Positions 27,186-39,852 of a DNA stretch of 64,000 bases are shown here, in pieces. A program made the translations under genes and the position numbers. The notes beneath the pieces are model-generated. The model was not told the DNA's origin and made no database searches. It saw only the letters and a list, made by a program, of their open reading frames with translations. The stretch's first letter is position 1. Every line of letters begins with the position of its first letter. Source of the stretch: Callorhinchus milii (lineage: Eukaryota); NCBI RefSeq assembly GCF_018977255.1, contig NW_024704743.1, positions 44,952,001 through 45,016,000 of the forward strand. Direction: 5' to 3'.

Positions 27186-27897
27186 GCTGGAATGTGTGTT
27201 ACTCAATGGTTGGTTTGCTTACTGGAAATTAACTGTGAGGATCCGTATCAAACAGGACTGCGATACAGACAACAGGCTAAGCAGCAAGCTGAATAGCTTG
27301 CATTGCTCTTTATTTATTGTGTGTCACTGAAGGACATTGTTCCCAGTTTACACCCTGTGGTAGTCAGACTTTAAGAAACAGTGCAGATTTAATGCATCCA
27401 GATACGAACATAAAGAGATCAGCTTAATTTCAACTGAGGTCAAATAGTCTATACTTTGAGCAAACGGATATGGCAAGTTTCCTATAGATTGGTTTGAATT
27501 AGTTACATCCCCAAGGGAGTAAGAATACACCCGAATGAAGTTGGTTTAAATCCATTGTGTGCACAGAGCTGAACAGACACATTCCTTATCTTGAAGGATA
27601 GCATCATTACCTCCTAATTACCAACTCATTTGCAGATGTATACAATTACCTTTCAAATTAAACACTGGCTTAAAACACAAAACGCAAACCCCAAGGGAAA
27701 CCCACAAGTGATTTATTTCAGTCTCTTTTTATCAACTGACCTTATGATTTGACATGAATTCCACAGATACCGCCCAACTTGTTTTTGTCAGTGCCTCTAA
27801 GCTGTACAGGAGTAGTTTTATGGCCACCTGTTCTCAATTCCAGCCATTTTTTGGTGTTGTGAACCACTCTAAACCTGAGTCTTAGCTTGTTAAAACC

Positions 27898-28270
27898 GTG
27901 GAGTCCTGTAGTGTATTGGTTAGAGCACCTGCCTCGCAAACGAGAGGACCTGGATTTGATTCCAGGGTGGGGCGAAACTTGGACAAGTTTCCTTACTCCA
28001 CACGCCTCTGTTTACCTAGCAGTAAGTAGAAACCCGGTTGTTAGTTGATTGGTGGATCACTTTTCCGGGGATGATAATCCCTTAAAAAATAATAAAATAA
28101 TAATAATTTGGTCACTCAATCCACGACTGTTTGTCTGTGCGCAATTGGCTGCCGCGTTTCGCCCACAAAATATACAGTCAATTCACTTCACAGTACATTC
28201 TGTAAAGTGCTTTGAGATGTTTAGAAGATGTGCTAAAGCGCTATATCAAATGCAAGGATTATTATTATTA
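27898..28270 (+). mobile_element. Young tRNA-Deu SINE (variant head)
   Basis: GTGGAGTCCTGTAGTGTATTGG head, CTGTTTACCTAGCAGTAAGTA body, (ATT)n tail. Confidence 0.88.
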
Positions 28271-30424
28271 TTTTGTCTTGAAATTTATTATCACCCCAAA
28301 TTGTGGCAAATCTTAAATCAACTTTTAATTTGGATGCTGAGTTTCCATGGTTCTCAAAAATTACCAACTTCCGAATTAGAACTGAATTGGAGATTTTGTT
28401 TCTGATCCTATGAATTGCGTTTGAGTATCTACTCGAGTATTTGACTAATGATCATCAGTGAAAGAAGGAGTTATGTTGAAATGGAAATGTGCAATTGGAA
28501 AAGAGGGATAATAAATGTAACAGCAACATGCTGTGCTATCTGTAAATCCGGGAATAGTGGAAATATCGTTGTCTTGTTTGGAGTATCCAACTGTGTATTA
28601 TTTGGGCTCTATATCATCACTACAAATAAACAGTCACTACACTCTACAGTAAATCCTGTAAAGTGCTTTAAAAAAAAATGACAATGTGATAAGACACTAT
28701 ATGAAATGAAAGAATTATTATTACTATTTTTCTGACAAATCGCTAACCTGAGATGCAATGTACCATATAATGTGACACAGTCTTCATGCAACTTTACTTG
28801 ATAGAAAATTGAACGTTGTCAAGTTTCCGGGAGGGACAAGGTTAAATGATGATTGATCGAACAATGATGACCGTAATCCTTGTCCAATTTCAGCCACAGA
28901 AACTTGGAGAGCATGCCTGTGTTCAGTAAATCGTAGAAAAGAAAATGAAGCTATGGCCGTGAGCTACTGAATTTTCTTATGTCTGGCACCCGGCTGACCG
29001 CCCCTCCCGAAATTACTCAATTTGTGAGTCACTGAGGAGTCACTATAGCCAACATGTTAGGTGACAAGACCTGCATTGGGTACTCTATAACCATTGTGTT
29101 CCCCAATACAAGATTGTCTAACTTCCAGTGATCACTAAAAATAGCAATCTTTTCTCTGTATTTCTATGCAATAGTGGCCTTTCCCATGACTAAAGATTTA
29201 GTGAAAAGATTCACGACAAAATTGGTGCCTTTAAACTAATGCCTTGGAAATCCATCAAAGTTTTTTTTTAAATGTGCACAGAGAAATCTATGATAAAAAT
29301 CACAAAACATTGCAGCTTTTAAAGAAACACAAATATTGATTCAATTATGGTTTGAACTGGGATAATTCAATTGACTGAAAAATGGAAAAGCACCTGAGCC
29401 TATTGAGTAACCTTAGTTCATCTTTCCTACAACAAAGCTGATTTTTGTACAGATGATTAATGACCTGTGTAGCCGTGCGTTCTATACTTGCATTGCTGAA
29501 AATGTGTGAGGCAGCTGTTTGGACAAGAATGATACTGTGACGATGACTGATGCCGTTAGGACATGTCTAGTAACAAGCAACTTGTCAACAAGAGAGGAGC
29601 CAGCGTTGCTGGACTTTGTTCTGTCTCGTCCATTTGTAAATTGTTGATCTGAAATTGTTGAAAGGTATTCATGACAGAGATCTGTTGGATACATTCAATG
29701 TAATGGAAAACCTCAACATCGTATTAGAGTTAGAAGGGAAACAATATTAATAATATAACTCCTTGCATTTGGTATAGCACCTTTTACATCAGGAGGACAT
29801 CTCAAAGCACTTTGCAGGGTATACTGTTAAGTGTAGTGACTGTATTTGTATTTGAATGCAGCAGCCAATTTTCACACTGAAAAATCTTGTCGACTTATGC
29901 AGAAAGCGTTCATTTTCTTTGTAGTTATCAGTATTTTTAAGAATAAAGCATTAGGCACCAATGATTTTTTAAAAACTGGATTAGAATATAAAACAAAATT
30001 CCTTATTTAAATATTATTTCACGGTATGAATAAAATGTGCATTCCCCACGATTCCTAAGATAGCAAGAATATCACAGGATAATGTGTATTCCTGTTGTAC
30101 AAGATTTACTTCAACACTAAGAGTTAGTGCAGGAAGTCAGCAGTGCAATGTTCTTAGATCTGGTTGATACTGGATACCAGCCTCATATGTATGATGTCAG
30201 TGGAATGGGCGTGGGGTTGAAAATATGTTATTGGTTAAATAGCCAACCCTTGGTAACTCCATGATCCAGTTCACCCTGGAGTGGAATTTCATGATGCACT
30301 TAAAGTTAATAACAGGAGTCACTATTTGCAGCCCTGAATTACTATTTGCAAATTGAAGTAACAAGCACCACAGTAACTAAATTATGTTAATATTGTCAGG
30401 CTATGTTAAGTAAAAGCAATTTTT

Positions 30425-30701
30425 TCAGGCAAATTATTCGCCAGGACACTAGGAAACCAGGAGAAACTCCTTTCTCATTTCAAATAATGCCATGAGATAT
30501 TTTTAACATCCACCGAAACAGGCTGATTGGACCTTGATTTAGCGTTCTTATCTGAAGGTTAGCACCTCCAACAATGCAGGACTCTATCAGCCTGTATTGA
30601 AGTGTCAGCCTAGACTATGAGTGTAAAGGCTCGATGTGGGACGTTGAACCCACAACCTTTTGAGTCAGAGGCAAGAATGCTGACTGAACAAGCCTGACAC
30701 C
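30425..30701 (-). mobile_element. Older Deu-SINE 5' part
   Basis: Reverse complement of the head and body seen at 38092-38340. Confidence 0.75.
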
Positions 30702-31770
30702 TAATACTTTTGATCTCATTCTATCAGAATAGCCACCATCAAGTTTTTTTTTAAAATGAGTCCACTATCCTGGCCTCAACCATTCTTTCTGGTAAGCTGT
30801 TCCAGTCATTAATTATCTCCTGGGTAAAGAAATGCTTCCTGGTGTCTGTCCTGAAATTACCCTTTGCAACTCTTAAATTCTTGTTCTGCTCCCTTAATTT
30901 ATACCATTAATTCCTGGGAGTGGAGCCCATTTTAGTTCACTGGAAATTTTAGAGTGCTGGAAATTACTTTGATTGTCATTTGAACATAGCTGGTTCATAT
31001 ATCACGGAGCAGTACCAGGAAATTGTGGTTATATCTCACATCATGCAATGGCAAGGGCAGTGGTGTCTGAAAAAAAGTGTAATACTGGATAATTAGATTT
31101 TCTGCTTGTACTATACGGATATATATTCAGATTCATAAAACTGAATTAATTTTAGGGTACAACAAAGATAGTCAATGCAGTGCATTATTCAATACTAAAC
31201 CGTGGTAAGTAACCTTAATTTTAAGTGATGTACTTGAGCCTTTCAACCTATATGTGAAATGACCTTTGAATACATCAGCCGATGACTAGCTCTGACATTT
31301 GAGTTAATCCTTTGTGTTTTTGTTCTGCAGTTATCGTTCCAACTCTCCCATCCTCATTTCTCCCCAGTGTTTCCTTATTTTCTCATACTTCATTTCCATG
31401 CTGTCCATCTTTGGGCAGGATGATGGGATAGTCCATAATTCCCCAGATCAAAGCTGTTCTTTCCAGCTAACCCGCCAAGAAATGATTAAAGGCTACATGA
31501 AAAGGAACTTTTCCAGCTAGGTTTTCCTCTGCCACTTGGCAGAAATTGGCAATTTTTTTGTGTGACTTTCAGTCAAAAAGATCTTGGCATTGCAGCTTTT
31601 GGAATGAGTGTCTCATTCTCATTCTTTGGGTTATCTTCTTACACTAGATCAGCTTTTCATCGTGATTCCTTTGACTGCTTTCTTCTTCATTTATATCTTC
31701 TTGTCATTCATTTTTATGTGCCCACTTAAAGATATGCTCCTTTCTGACTCTACAAGAATACACATACACT

Positions 31771-32612
31771 ACAATAACAACAACAACAAGATTACATTTG
31801 TATAGCGCCTTTTACGTCAGGAGGATGTCCCAAGGCACTGGACAATGTAAGACATTTCAGACCTGAGCTGGGGTCAGGGGGGAGAAGGGAGGGGAGGGGA
31901 AGGGGGGTGACCAATGGCGTGGTCGAAGAGGAGGGTTTTGAGGTGGGACTTGAAGGAGGCTAAGGAGGGGGCGAGGCGGAGTGACTGGGGGATGGAGTTC
32001 TAGAGGTTGGCTGAACGCTCTCCCGCCAATGGTGTGACGGGTGGGTCGGGGGACGTGGAGCAGGCCGGAGGCGGCTGAGCGGAGGGAACGGGCAAGTTGG
32101 TAGGGGGTTAGGAGGTCACAGAGATAGGGTGGGGTGAGACGATTGAGGGCTTTGTAGGTGCGGACCAGGATTTTGAACTGGATCCTCTGAAGGATAGGGA
32201 GCCAGTGGAGTTGGGCGAGAGTGGGGGAGATGGGGTCACGGAGTTTGGTGCGGAGAGGACACAGGCTGTAGAGTTCTGGATTATCTGCAGCCTGTGGAGG
32301 GAGGAGTTGGGAAGGCCGACAAGCAGGGAGTTTGCATAGTCGAGCCTGGAGGTGATGAAGGCATGAACAAGAGTTTCAGGGCCTGAGGGGTGAGATAGTG
32401 GCAGAGTCGAGCGATGTTACGGAGGTGAGGGAAGGCAGAGCGGGTCATGGCTTGGATGTGGGGAAGAAAAGACAGTTGAGGGTCAAACAAGACACCTCGG
32501 TTCCTGACTGGTTTGGTGAGTTGTAGTGTGCAACCATGGAGGTTGATGCTGCCAGAGCCTGAGGTGTAGAGGAGCTGCCGTGAGCCAATCAGGAGGGCCT
32601 CAGTCTTGTTCA
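31771..32612 (-). mobile_element. L2 LINE 3' fragment
   Basis: NKTEALLIGSRQLL...PVRNRGVLFDPQLSF on the minus strand, with the same tail as the other L2 copies. Confidence 0.92.
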
Positions 32613-33097
32613 CATACACTAAAGAAGAAACAGTGAGCGTTGCTGTGATTCATATATTGAACCTAATGGCTACCATATCAAGAACAATTCATTGAATTAA
32701 AGAATCAAACAATGCTATCACCATTCAAGTCTGTGTTGAAGCTATTCTCCAAATGAACCATCAATTATACTCCCACTCTACCCCTCGCTCATTATCCCTT
32801 TAATATTTGTTTTTTTCCAATCATTTATCGAATTCCCTTTTAAAATAATTTTATGGAGTCTGTCTCAACAACATGGGCATTGAATTACATGTGAAAACCT
32901 CTGTGAAAATATTTATTTTTCTAACTTCCCCTTCAATTCCTTTTGTCATTATTTTAAATGGCTAAATTGCTTCCAAATGACTATGACCACAAGCTTTGGT
33001 GTGTGCTGGCTAACTGATAATGAAATGCCCCTTCAATGTAATAAATCTGCATGACATATAAATAAATAAATTTTGCATTCAATATAGCAACTTATTT

Positions 33098-34129
33098 TTC
33101 ATAGATTCATAGATTCATAGAATGTTACGGCACAGGAGGCCATTCGGCCCATCGAGTCTGTGCCGGCTCTTTGACAGAGCAAGTCACTTTCACTCACCCC
33201 AATCACCAGCTTTCTCCCCATAACCCTGTGAACCCGTCTTCCCCAGATACCTATCCAGTTCTCTCTTAAAAGCTGTTATTGAATCGGACTTCGCTACCCT
33301 TTCTGGCAGATCATTCCAAATTCGAACAACTCGCTGAGTGAAAACATTTCTTCTAACCTTCCCTCTGTTTCTTTTGGTAGACATCTTAAGACTGTGACCA
33401 TGGGTCACAGACACATCTACCAGCGGAAATAGCTTTTCCTTATCTAGCCTGTTGAAACCTTTCATGATCTTGAAGACCTCTATCAGGTCCCCGCGTAACC
33501 TTCTCTGCTCTAGTGGGAAAAGTCCTAACTTCTCCAGCCTGTCCTCATAGCTAAGGTTCCCCATTCCTGATATCATTCTTGTGAATTTCCTCTGCACCCT
33601 TTCCAGTGCCTTAATGTCCTTCCTGAAGTAAGGTGCCCAGAATTGGACGCAGTACTCCAGCTGAGGCCTAACCAGTGTTTTGTATAGATTAACCATAACC
33701 TCCCTGCTCTTATACTCTATGCCCCTACTAATAAAGCTCAGTACACCAAATGCCTTTTTTACTGCCTTATCTACCTGTCCCGCTACCTTTAATGATTCGC
33801 TGACTTGAACACCCAGATCTCTCTGTACTTTCACCCCCCTTAAGATTGAGCTACCAATTCTATATTGCCTCCTATCATTTTTCCTACCTAAGTGTATCAC
33901 CTCACACTTATCCACATTGAAATCCATCTGCTTGCAGTTGGTTACAGTCCTCCTCACTAGTTACTACCCTACCTAACTTTGTATCATCTGCAAACTTGGA
34001 AATAGTGCTCTCTATGCCCAAGTCCAGATCATTAATATATATTAGAAAGAGCAGTGGTCCCAATACCGATCCCTGGGGGACACCGCTGCACACCTCCTTC
34101 CATTTCGAGAAACACCCATTGACCACCAC
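33098..34129 (-). mobile_element. CR1 LINE, 5'-truncated RT C-terminus plus 3' UTR
   Basis: SGVPQGSVLGPLLFLIYINDL...KFADDTKLG, then a frameshift, then FNVDKCEVIHLG...YKTLVRPQLEYCVQFWAP...RRLRGDLIEVFKIM. The tail is an (ATCTATGA)n octamer repeat. Confidence 0.95.
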
Positions 34130-37081
34130 ATCATCAAAACCACTCCAAGGGCTTTGCAGGATTTACTGCAAACTGTAGTAACTGTATATTTGTAGGCAAA
34201 CATAGTAGCCAATTCACTCACAGCAATGTCCCACAAACAGCCATGAAGTGAATGATCTTTATTAGTGGGGACTTTTGGCCAGGATATTGGGCATGGCTTC
34301 TACTATGCAGAAATTTGGTTGATAAAATACACTGGAGTTTGCTTTTGTTTATTTGATTATTTGTTAAACTGAAATTACTCAATAACAAACATCAGATTAA
34401 GACTGTGGTACATTGTGGCAACCTATTTTTTACCAGCACTTTCAATCTTTTGTACTGTAGATTATTATAATTAATAATAATAATCCTTCCATTTGAAAGA
34501 GTGTCTTATCAAGTCATTGAGACAGCTCAAAGCATTTCACCTGAGTTACTGAGAAGTGTAGTAGCTCTTATAAGTGCAAGTTGCTGTTGTTGTTGTAGCT
34601 GTCTTTGTAGACAAATGTTTGGTCAGTTAGATTAATACACCAGGTGAATAGTACAACGGCTCATTAATCCAGGCCTGTTATTTACTTCACTTGAAGTTCC
34701 AGGAACTAAAGAGGCTATTTAGTTTTATGTTTTGATTGCTAATCTATGGTAGTTTGTGGAGGTGCATGATTCATATCACAATGGAAATAAATCAAAATAT
34801 TTAAAATGCATAAAGATTTGAGCTCACAGTCTCAACTGACACTCGAATGCAGTGCTGGTGGAGCGCTGCTTGTCGAAGGTGAGATGAGACATTTAAAGCC
34901 TGTTCAGGAAGATGTTAAAGATCCTATGACACTTTTTGAAAAGAGAAGGGAGTTTCTCCTAGTGCCCTGGCCAACAATGTTGGCCGACGTGCAAAATTAG
35001 CTGCCGCATTTGACTAGAAATACACAGTCACTACACTTGACCGAAATTTTTGCGAAGCACATTGAAACATTTCAACATAATAGTTGCTATATCAAATGCA
35101 AGGGATATTAGTATTATTTGATCATGTTGCAATCCTATTAATAGTACGCAAGTATCTTTGAAGTACCATCAAAAGCAGGAATGTGTGTATTAACCTAATG
35201 AACAATTCAAGGAAAACAGGTGAAAATCTTTATTGTAGTTAATAGTCTCACGAAATTTATTAATTGACCTTTATTACTATAATTTTTCAGCTCAATTTTC
35301 CAATTTTCCCATTTTCTCCTCAGTGTGAGAAGTCACTGATTGATCCTCAGGTGTGGTTCCATGGGTCGCAGGAACCCTCTGGTACTTCACCCAAGCAGAC
35401 AATAGGGCAATCTGATGCTTTGTATGAAACATGGCATTAATGTGGAACCATTGGGACAGAATTTACAGATTGTGAATCCTTGCCTGTATTACAGTCTTTG
35501 GATAGTTGAAAGAGTTCTGCTATGTGTAACAATATTGCTTCAGTCAATAAGATGGAACTTTTTCCAAATGCAATATTAACAGAGTTTTGTTTTGGAAGTG
35601 AGCATTGATGCAGGAAGATCACATTTTATGCAGGTACATTCAGTACTGTTACACAGAAACAGTGTTCGACTTTAACCATCTAAAACGCCCAGCTTGCACT
35701 GTGAAGACTTACCAGCGAGCTTCCCATTGTTTGCCAAGCCAGGACCACCCTGCAACTTGCTTGGCTCACATAATATTAACTAAACAGAATTATCCATAAT
35801 TACTGATGGTTCATCGCTGATATTGTAGGGCAATTCTGGAACATCGTAGTAATCAACTTTAGTCTCAGGCTGAAAGACCAAAGTCTTTTCAAAATCAGAA
35901 GGGGCTGCAGAGCAACTCCTTGGCAGCTTTTTTTTTTGCAGATTTTAACCGTTCATGCAAACTTCTTCAATGTCATTCCTTGCTTTCCATGCCTCACTTG
36001 AGGTAGAAGCGATTAAGCTAAGTTTATTATTGCATTTGGTGAACATTATTTTAACAATAGCATAAGAGTCAGTCTGAGTCCAGGTAGAAGGGAAAGGATT
36101 GCAATTCCCTTTCATGCCTGTTGTGACACTGCCTCTAAGTTCACAGATTTAGCTTTAAGAGCACTTGCAGCAGTATTGGACAATATGTATTGCAGGAAAT
36201 AGCTTCCTAAATGTTAAATTGTTTTCAGGAAACATGGAATCATATGTTGAATCCACTGTGCAGCAGTGAAACCATTCATTATTGCAATTCTGTGTGGTTT
36301 TGTGAAGGTAGGGTGCTTTTCTTGAGTATTGGCAGATGCAATTTCTCAAATTTCTTGTTTTTCAGAAGTGCAGGTAATTTCTTTCAATGTAGCTATTGCC
36401 ACGTGAAGGGTTTCCTCTTCTCACTCTGCTCTGTGGTTTCTCTAGTTACTTATGATCACTTATTTATTGTCATTATTTTTGTGTGGCTTAGGTCTAGAAT
36501 TGGTTACAGGTATCTTAGTGATGGGCAGAGGCAAGTTGCATCTAGAAGTACTGCATCTACAAATCTCTATAAACCCCAAAATACTGCATATCAGAAACAT
36601 CAGGCCATTCATGTGTAGCTAACTACTTTACCAGACTTCTAAACTTATGAACGGTTTCCTAACCTTCTCTGATTTAAACTGCTCTTTCCCTTGATATCGA
36701 TTCTTCACACTGTATTTTATAAAGTGATATTTTTCTCTGACTTTGGTAATGACACAGTAAGTATCTGAGGGAATGCATAAGAGTGAGGTGCATGTATAAA
36801 AAAGAGTCACCTTCTACTTTGCCCAACTGCTTACACTGTCAATCCTGCCACACTAACCATCAAAGCTCCTTTCTTTCATGTTCACACATCTGTGTAAAAC
36901 AACCAGTGGAGATGCTTAAATGTAGCTGAATGATTAACAAAAGTGTAACTTCAATTGCTCTACACCTGACCAGATTTTTGACATCAATATTGATACTAAA
37001 CTCATGCAACAAATAATAGCAGACTCACATAAGCTTCATGTAGCCATTTCTCAGTTTTAGGATTGATTCAAAAGTACCAGT

Positions 37082-37340
37082 TGTCAGCCTAGCTTATTTG
37101 GTAGCTTCATTGCCTCTGAGTCAGAAGGTTGTGGGTTCAAGCCCTCAAAGTCCCACGTTGGGACTTTGAACTCACAGACTAGGCTGACACTCCAATACCG
37201 TGCTCCAATACATTGTCAAAGGTGTTCCTTCAGATAGGATGTTAAACCAAAGTCACGACTATATGTTAAGGTGGTCATTAAATATCCCATGGCACTATTT
37301 GAGGAGAGAAATATTTTTTCTGATGTCCTAGTCAGCAACC
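37082..37340 (+). mobile_element. Older Deu-SINE 5' part
   Basis: TGTCAGCCTAGCTTA...GCCTCTGAGTCAGAAGGTTGTGGGTTCAAG...CTAGGCTGACACTCCA. Confidence 0.8.
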
Positions 37341-38091
37341 CCTCAGCTAAAACAATCGACACCACCACCACAGAGGATTGACTCGATTCCGACATTCAAT
37401 TTTCAGCTCAGTTTCAAGGAGACCCCACTTAGCAACACCCAAGGATTGTCTCTTTGTTACAGTGTCTCATATCATTGCCCTTTAGTTTTAAAAGCTGTGC
37501 CTTTCAGAAAAGCACACTTTTACTTGAGATGATGATTTCTATAGCTCCACGTGCTTAAGACTGAAAGAAGAATCAGATTAACAGAGATAAGCCTCTTTTT
37601 AAAAGAAACATGATATGTATTTCTTGCACTCACTGCTAGTTCGCAAGTATCCTCAATTGTAGTTGTTCAGATGAATTTTATGAGATACCATCTATGTGCG
37701 GCTCAATGGCTTTTAATTTAGAAGGGAAATAAGCCGTTTTCATTTGGATAGATGTGATCCTGGAAACCGTATCGATTTAAGTGTCTAAGCTGTGTTTGAA
37801 TGATTCAAAATATGCCAGAATCCCACAAAATGTACAGATACCTTTAACTTACTGCCATTGATTCATTCTAATTTAACCAATGCAAATGCTGTAATTTTTT
37901 AAATGATTAATATGCAGGAAAGGCTGCAAATAAAAGCTCCGCAGGAGCACCAAAAGAATGAATTATTGTGCTTTATTACTCAAGTTTGAAACGGGGTGAC
38001 ACACATGCTAATTATCTTTCCTTTTGATGAAATGGTGCACTCAGCTAGTCTGAAGGAAAATCATAAGTTTCAGGAACAGAAAAAACAACAA

Positions 38092-38515
38092 GGTGTCAGC
38101 CTGGCTCAGCTGGTAGCACTCACCTCTGAGTTGTGGGTTCAAGCTCTATGTGAGGACTTGAGCTCATTGTCTAGGCTGACACTCCAATGCAATGCTTATG
38201 GAGCACTGGATTATTGGAGATGTAATCCTTCACATGAGACTTTAAAATGAGGTCTTGTCTGCCTGTTCAGGTGAGCATTAATGATCCCTGGGCACGATTT
38301 GAGAAGAGAAGGGGGTTTCTCCCAGTGTCCTGGCCAAAAATTCCTCAAATAAAATTGATCATTCACTTCATGGCTGTTTGTAGGTCACTGCTGTGGGCAA
38401 ATTGGCTAGCCCGCTTGCCCTCAAATAAAATCATCGCGCTTGACAGCAATTTCCTGTGAAGTGCTTTGAGACCTTTCAAGGTTGTAGGTGCTACATCAAA
38501 TGCAAGCATTATTAT
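38092..38515 (+). mobile_element. Older Deu-SINE, near full length
   Basis: Head GTCAGCCTGGCTCAGCTGGTAGCAC, body, Deu core and AAATGCAAGCATTATT tail. Confidence 0.85.
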
Positions 38516-38639
38516 AAGATTTTAATTTTGAAGTATCAGATTCCATACTGTTCAAAGGAGCCTTGGTTGTGAAATCTGGCTGTTATGAATTCCAGGAATC
38601 CAGATAAGGAAATAACTGATTGATTATTACATCAAAGAA

Positions 38640-38927
38640 AAATTTGGTCATTCACTCCATGACTGTTTGTGAGACTCTGCTGTGCACAATTGGCTGCCGC
38701 GTTTCACCCACAAATTACACAGTCAATCCACTTCACAATATATTCTTTGAAGCACTTTGAGAAGTCTCAATGACGTGATAAAGCACTATATCAAATGCAA
38801 GGATTATACATAATAATAATTCTTACATTTGATATAATTGAAGCCCTTTTAACGTGCTTGAGACATTTCAAGACATTTCACAGAATATACTGTAAAGTGA
38901 ATTGACTGTGTATTTTGTGGGCGAAAT
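38640..38927. mobile_element. Two truncated Deu-SINE 3' halves arranged tail-to-tail
   Basis: Plus-strand copy ~38640-38806 and minus-strand copy ~38810-38927 meet at an AT-rich tail. Confidence 0.8.
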
Positions 38928-39439
38928 GGGTAGTAGGGCTCAAGTTGACTATGTTTGTTGATGGAGCTGAACATCATAATTAACATAATTCCAGAGACCT
39001 CTGCATTGAACAACAACAAATTTACATATCAGTGCCTTTCATGTCAGGAGAATATCCCGAGGCACTGAAGAAAAATAAATAGATTTGGGTGTGAAAATGA
39101 AAGTGAACTTTAATCAGATTTGTGATATCTTTACAGGAATGCAATTGATATCATCTATATATACCAGATAATTGTTAATCACACTGTGTACCAACTTGTA
39201 CCCCAACCAATGCTGTTATAGCTATTATAACCATAGAATAGCATGCAAAAGAAGCCTTAAGTGCAAATATTTGTTGATATCAGAAAATATTTTGCACATT
39301 TAATGCATTAGTGTAATGTGCAACTGACTTTGCAGCCAGCAGCTTTACAGTATGTTTACTGTACATGTATTATTTGTATATTACAGTAAGAAAGATTTAC
39401 AAGTTATAGCAAATCTTACAATTTAGCTTACAGTAATAA

Positions 39440-39852
39440 AGAGCTTGCCTTTTTATAGCATTTCATCACAAAGAAACATCTCAAAGTTCTTTGTAACAAT
39501 TACTGTCAAGTGTATTGACTATTATTATAGGCAAGTGTGTTAATACACGGTATTGTCCCACTAAAAGTCATGAGGTGAATAACTGATTAATCTGGAGTAT
39601 TGCAAAGACACAAGGAGAAACTCGCTAACCTTTTCAAATAGTGCCGTTGTGATGGTGTCATAGGAATCTGTAATGTCCACTTGAAGAACAGGCAAATGGG
39701 ACCTCAGATAAATATCTCATGCAAAGAAATGCATCTCCAAAAAGACAGCTCTTGAATCAAGGCTGGACTATGAGCTCAAGATCCAATATGAGGCTTGAAC
39801 CCATAGCCTTCCATTTGAAAGGCGAGATTACTACCAACCAAGCCAAACTAAT
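39440..39852 (-). mobile_element. Older Deu-SINE, degraded
   Basis: Reverse-complement similarity to 38092-38515 at both head and tail. Confidence 0.6.

Noticed and set aside
33190..33957. 255-aa ORF as a host gene or active RT
   Set aside because: It is a 5'-truncated CR1 ORF2 with a frameshift, lacking the endonuclease and the N-terminal RT.
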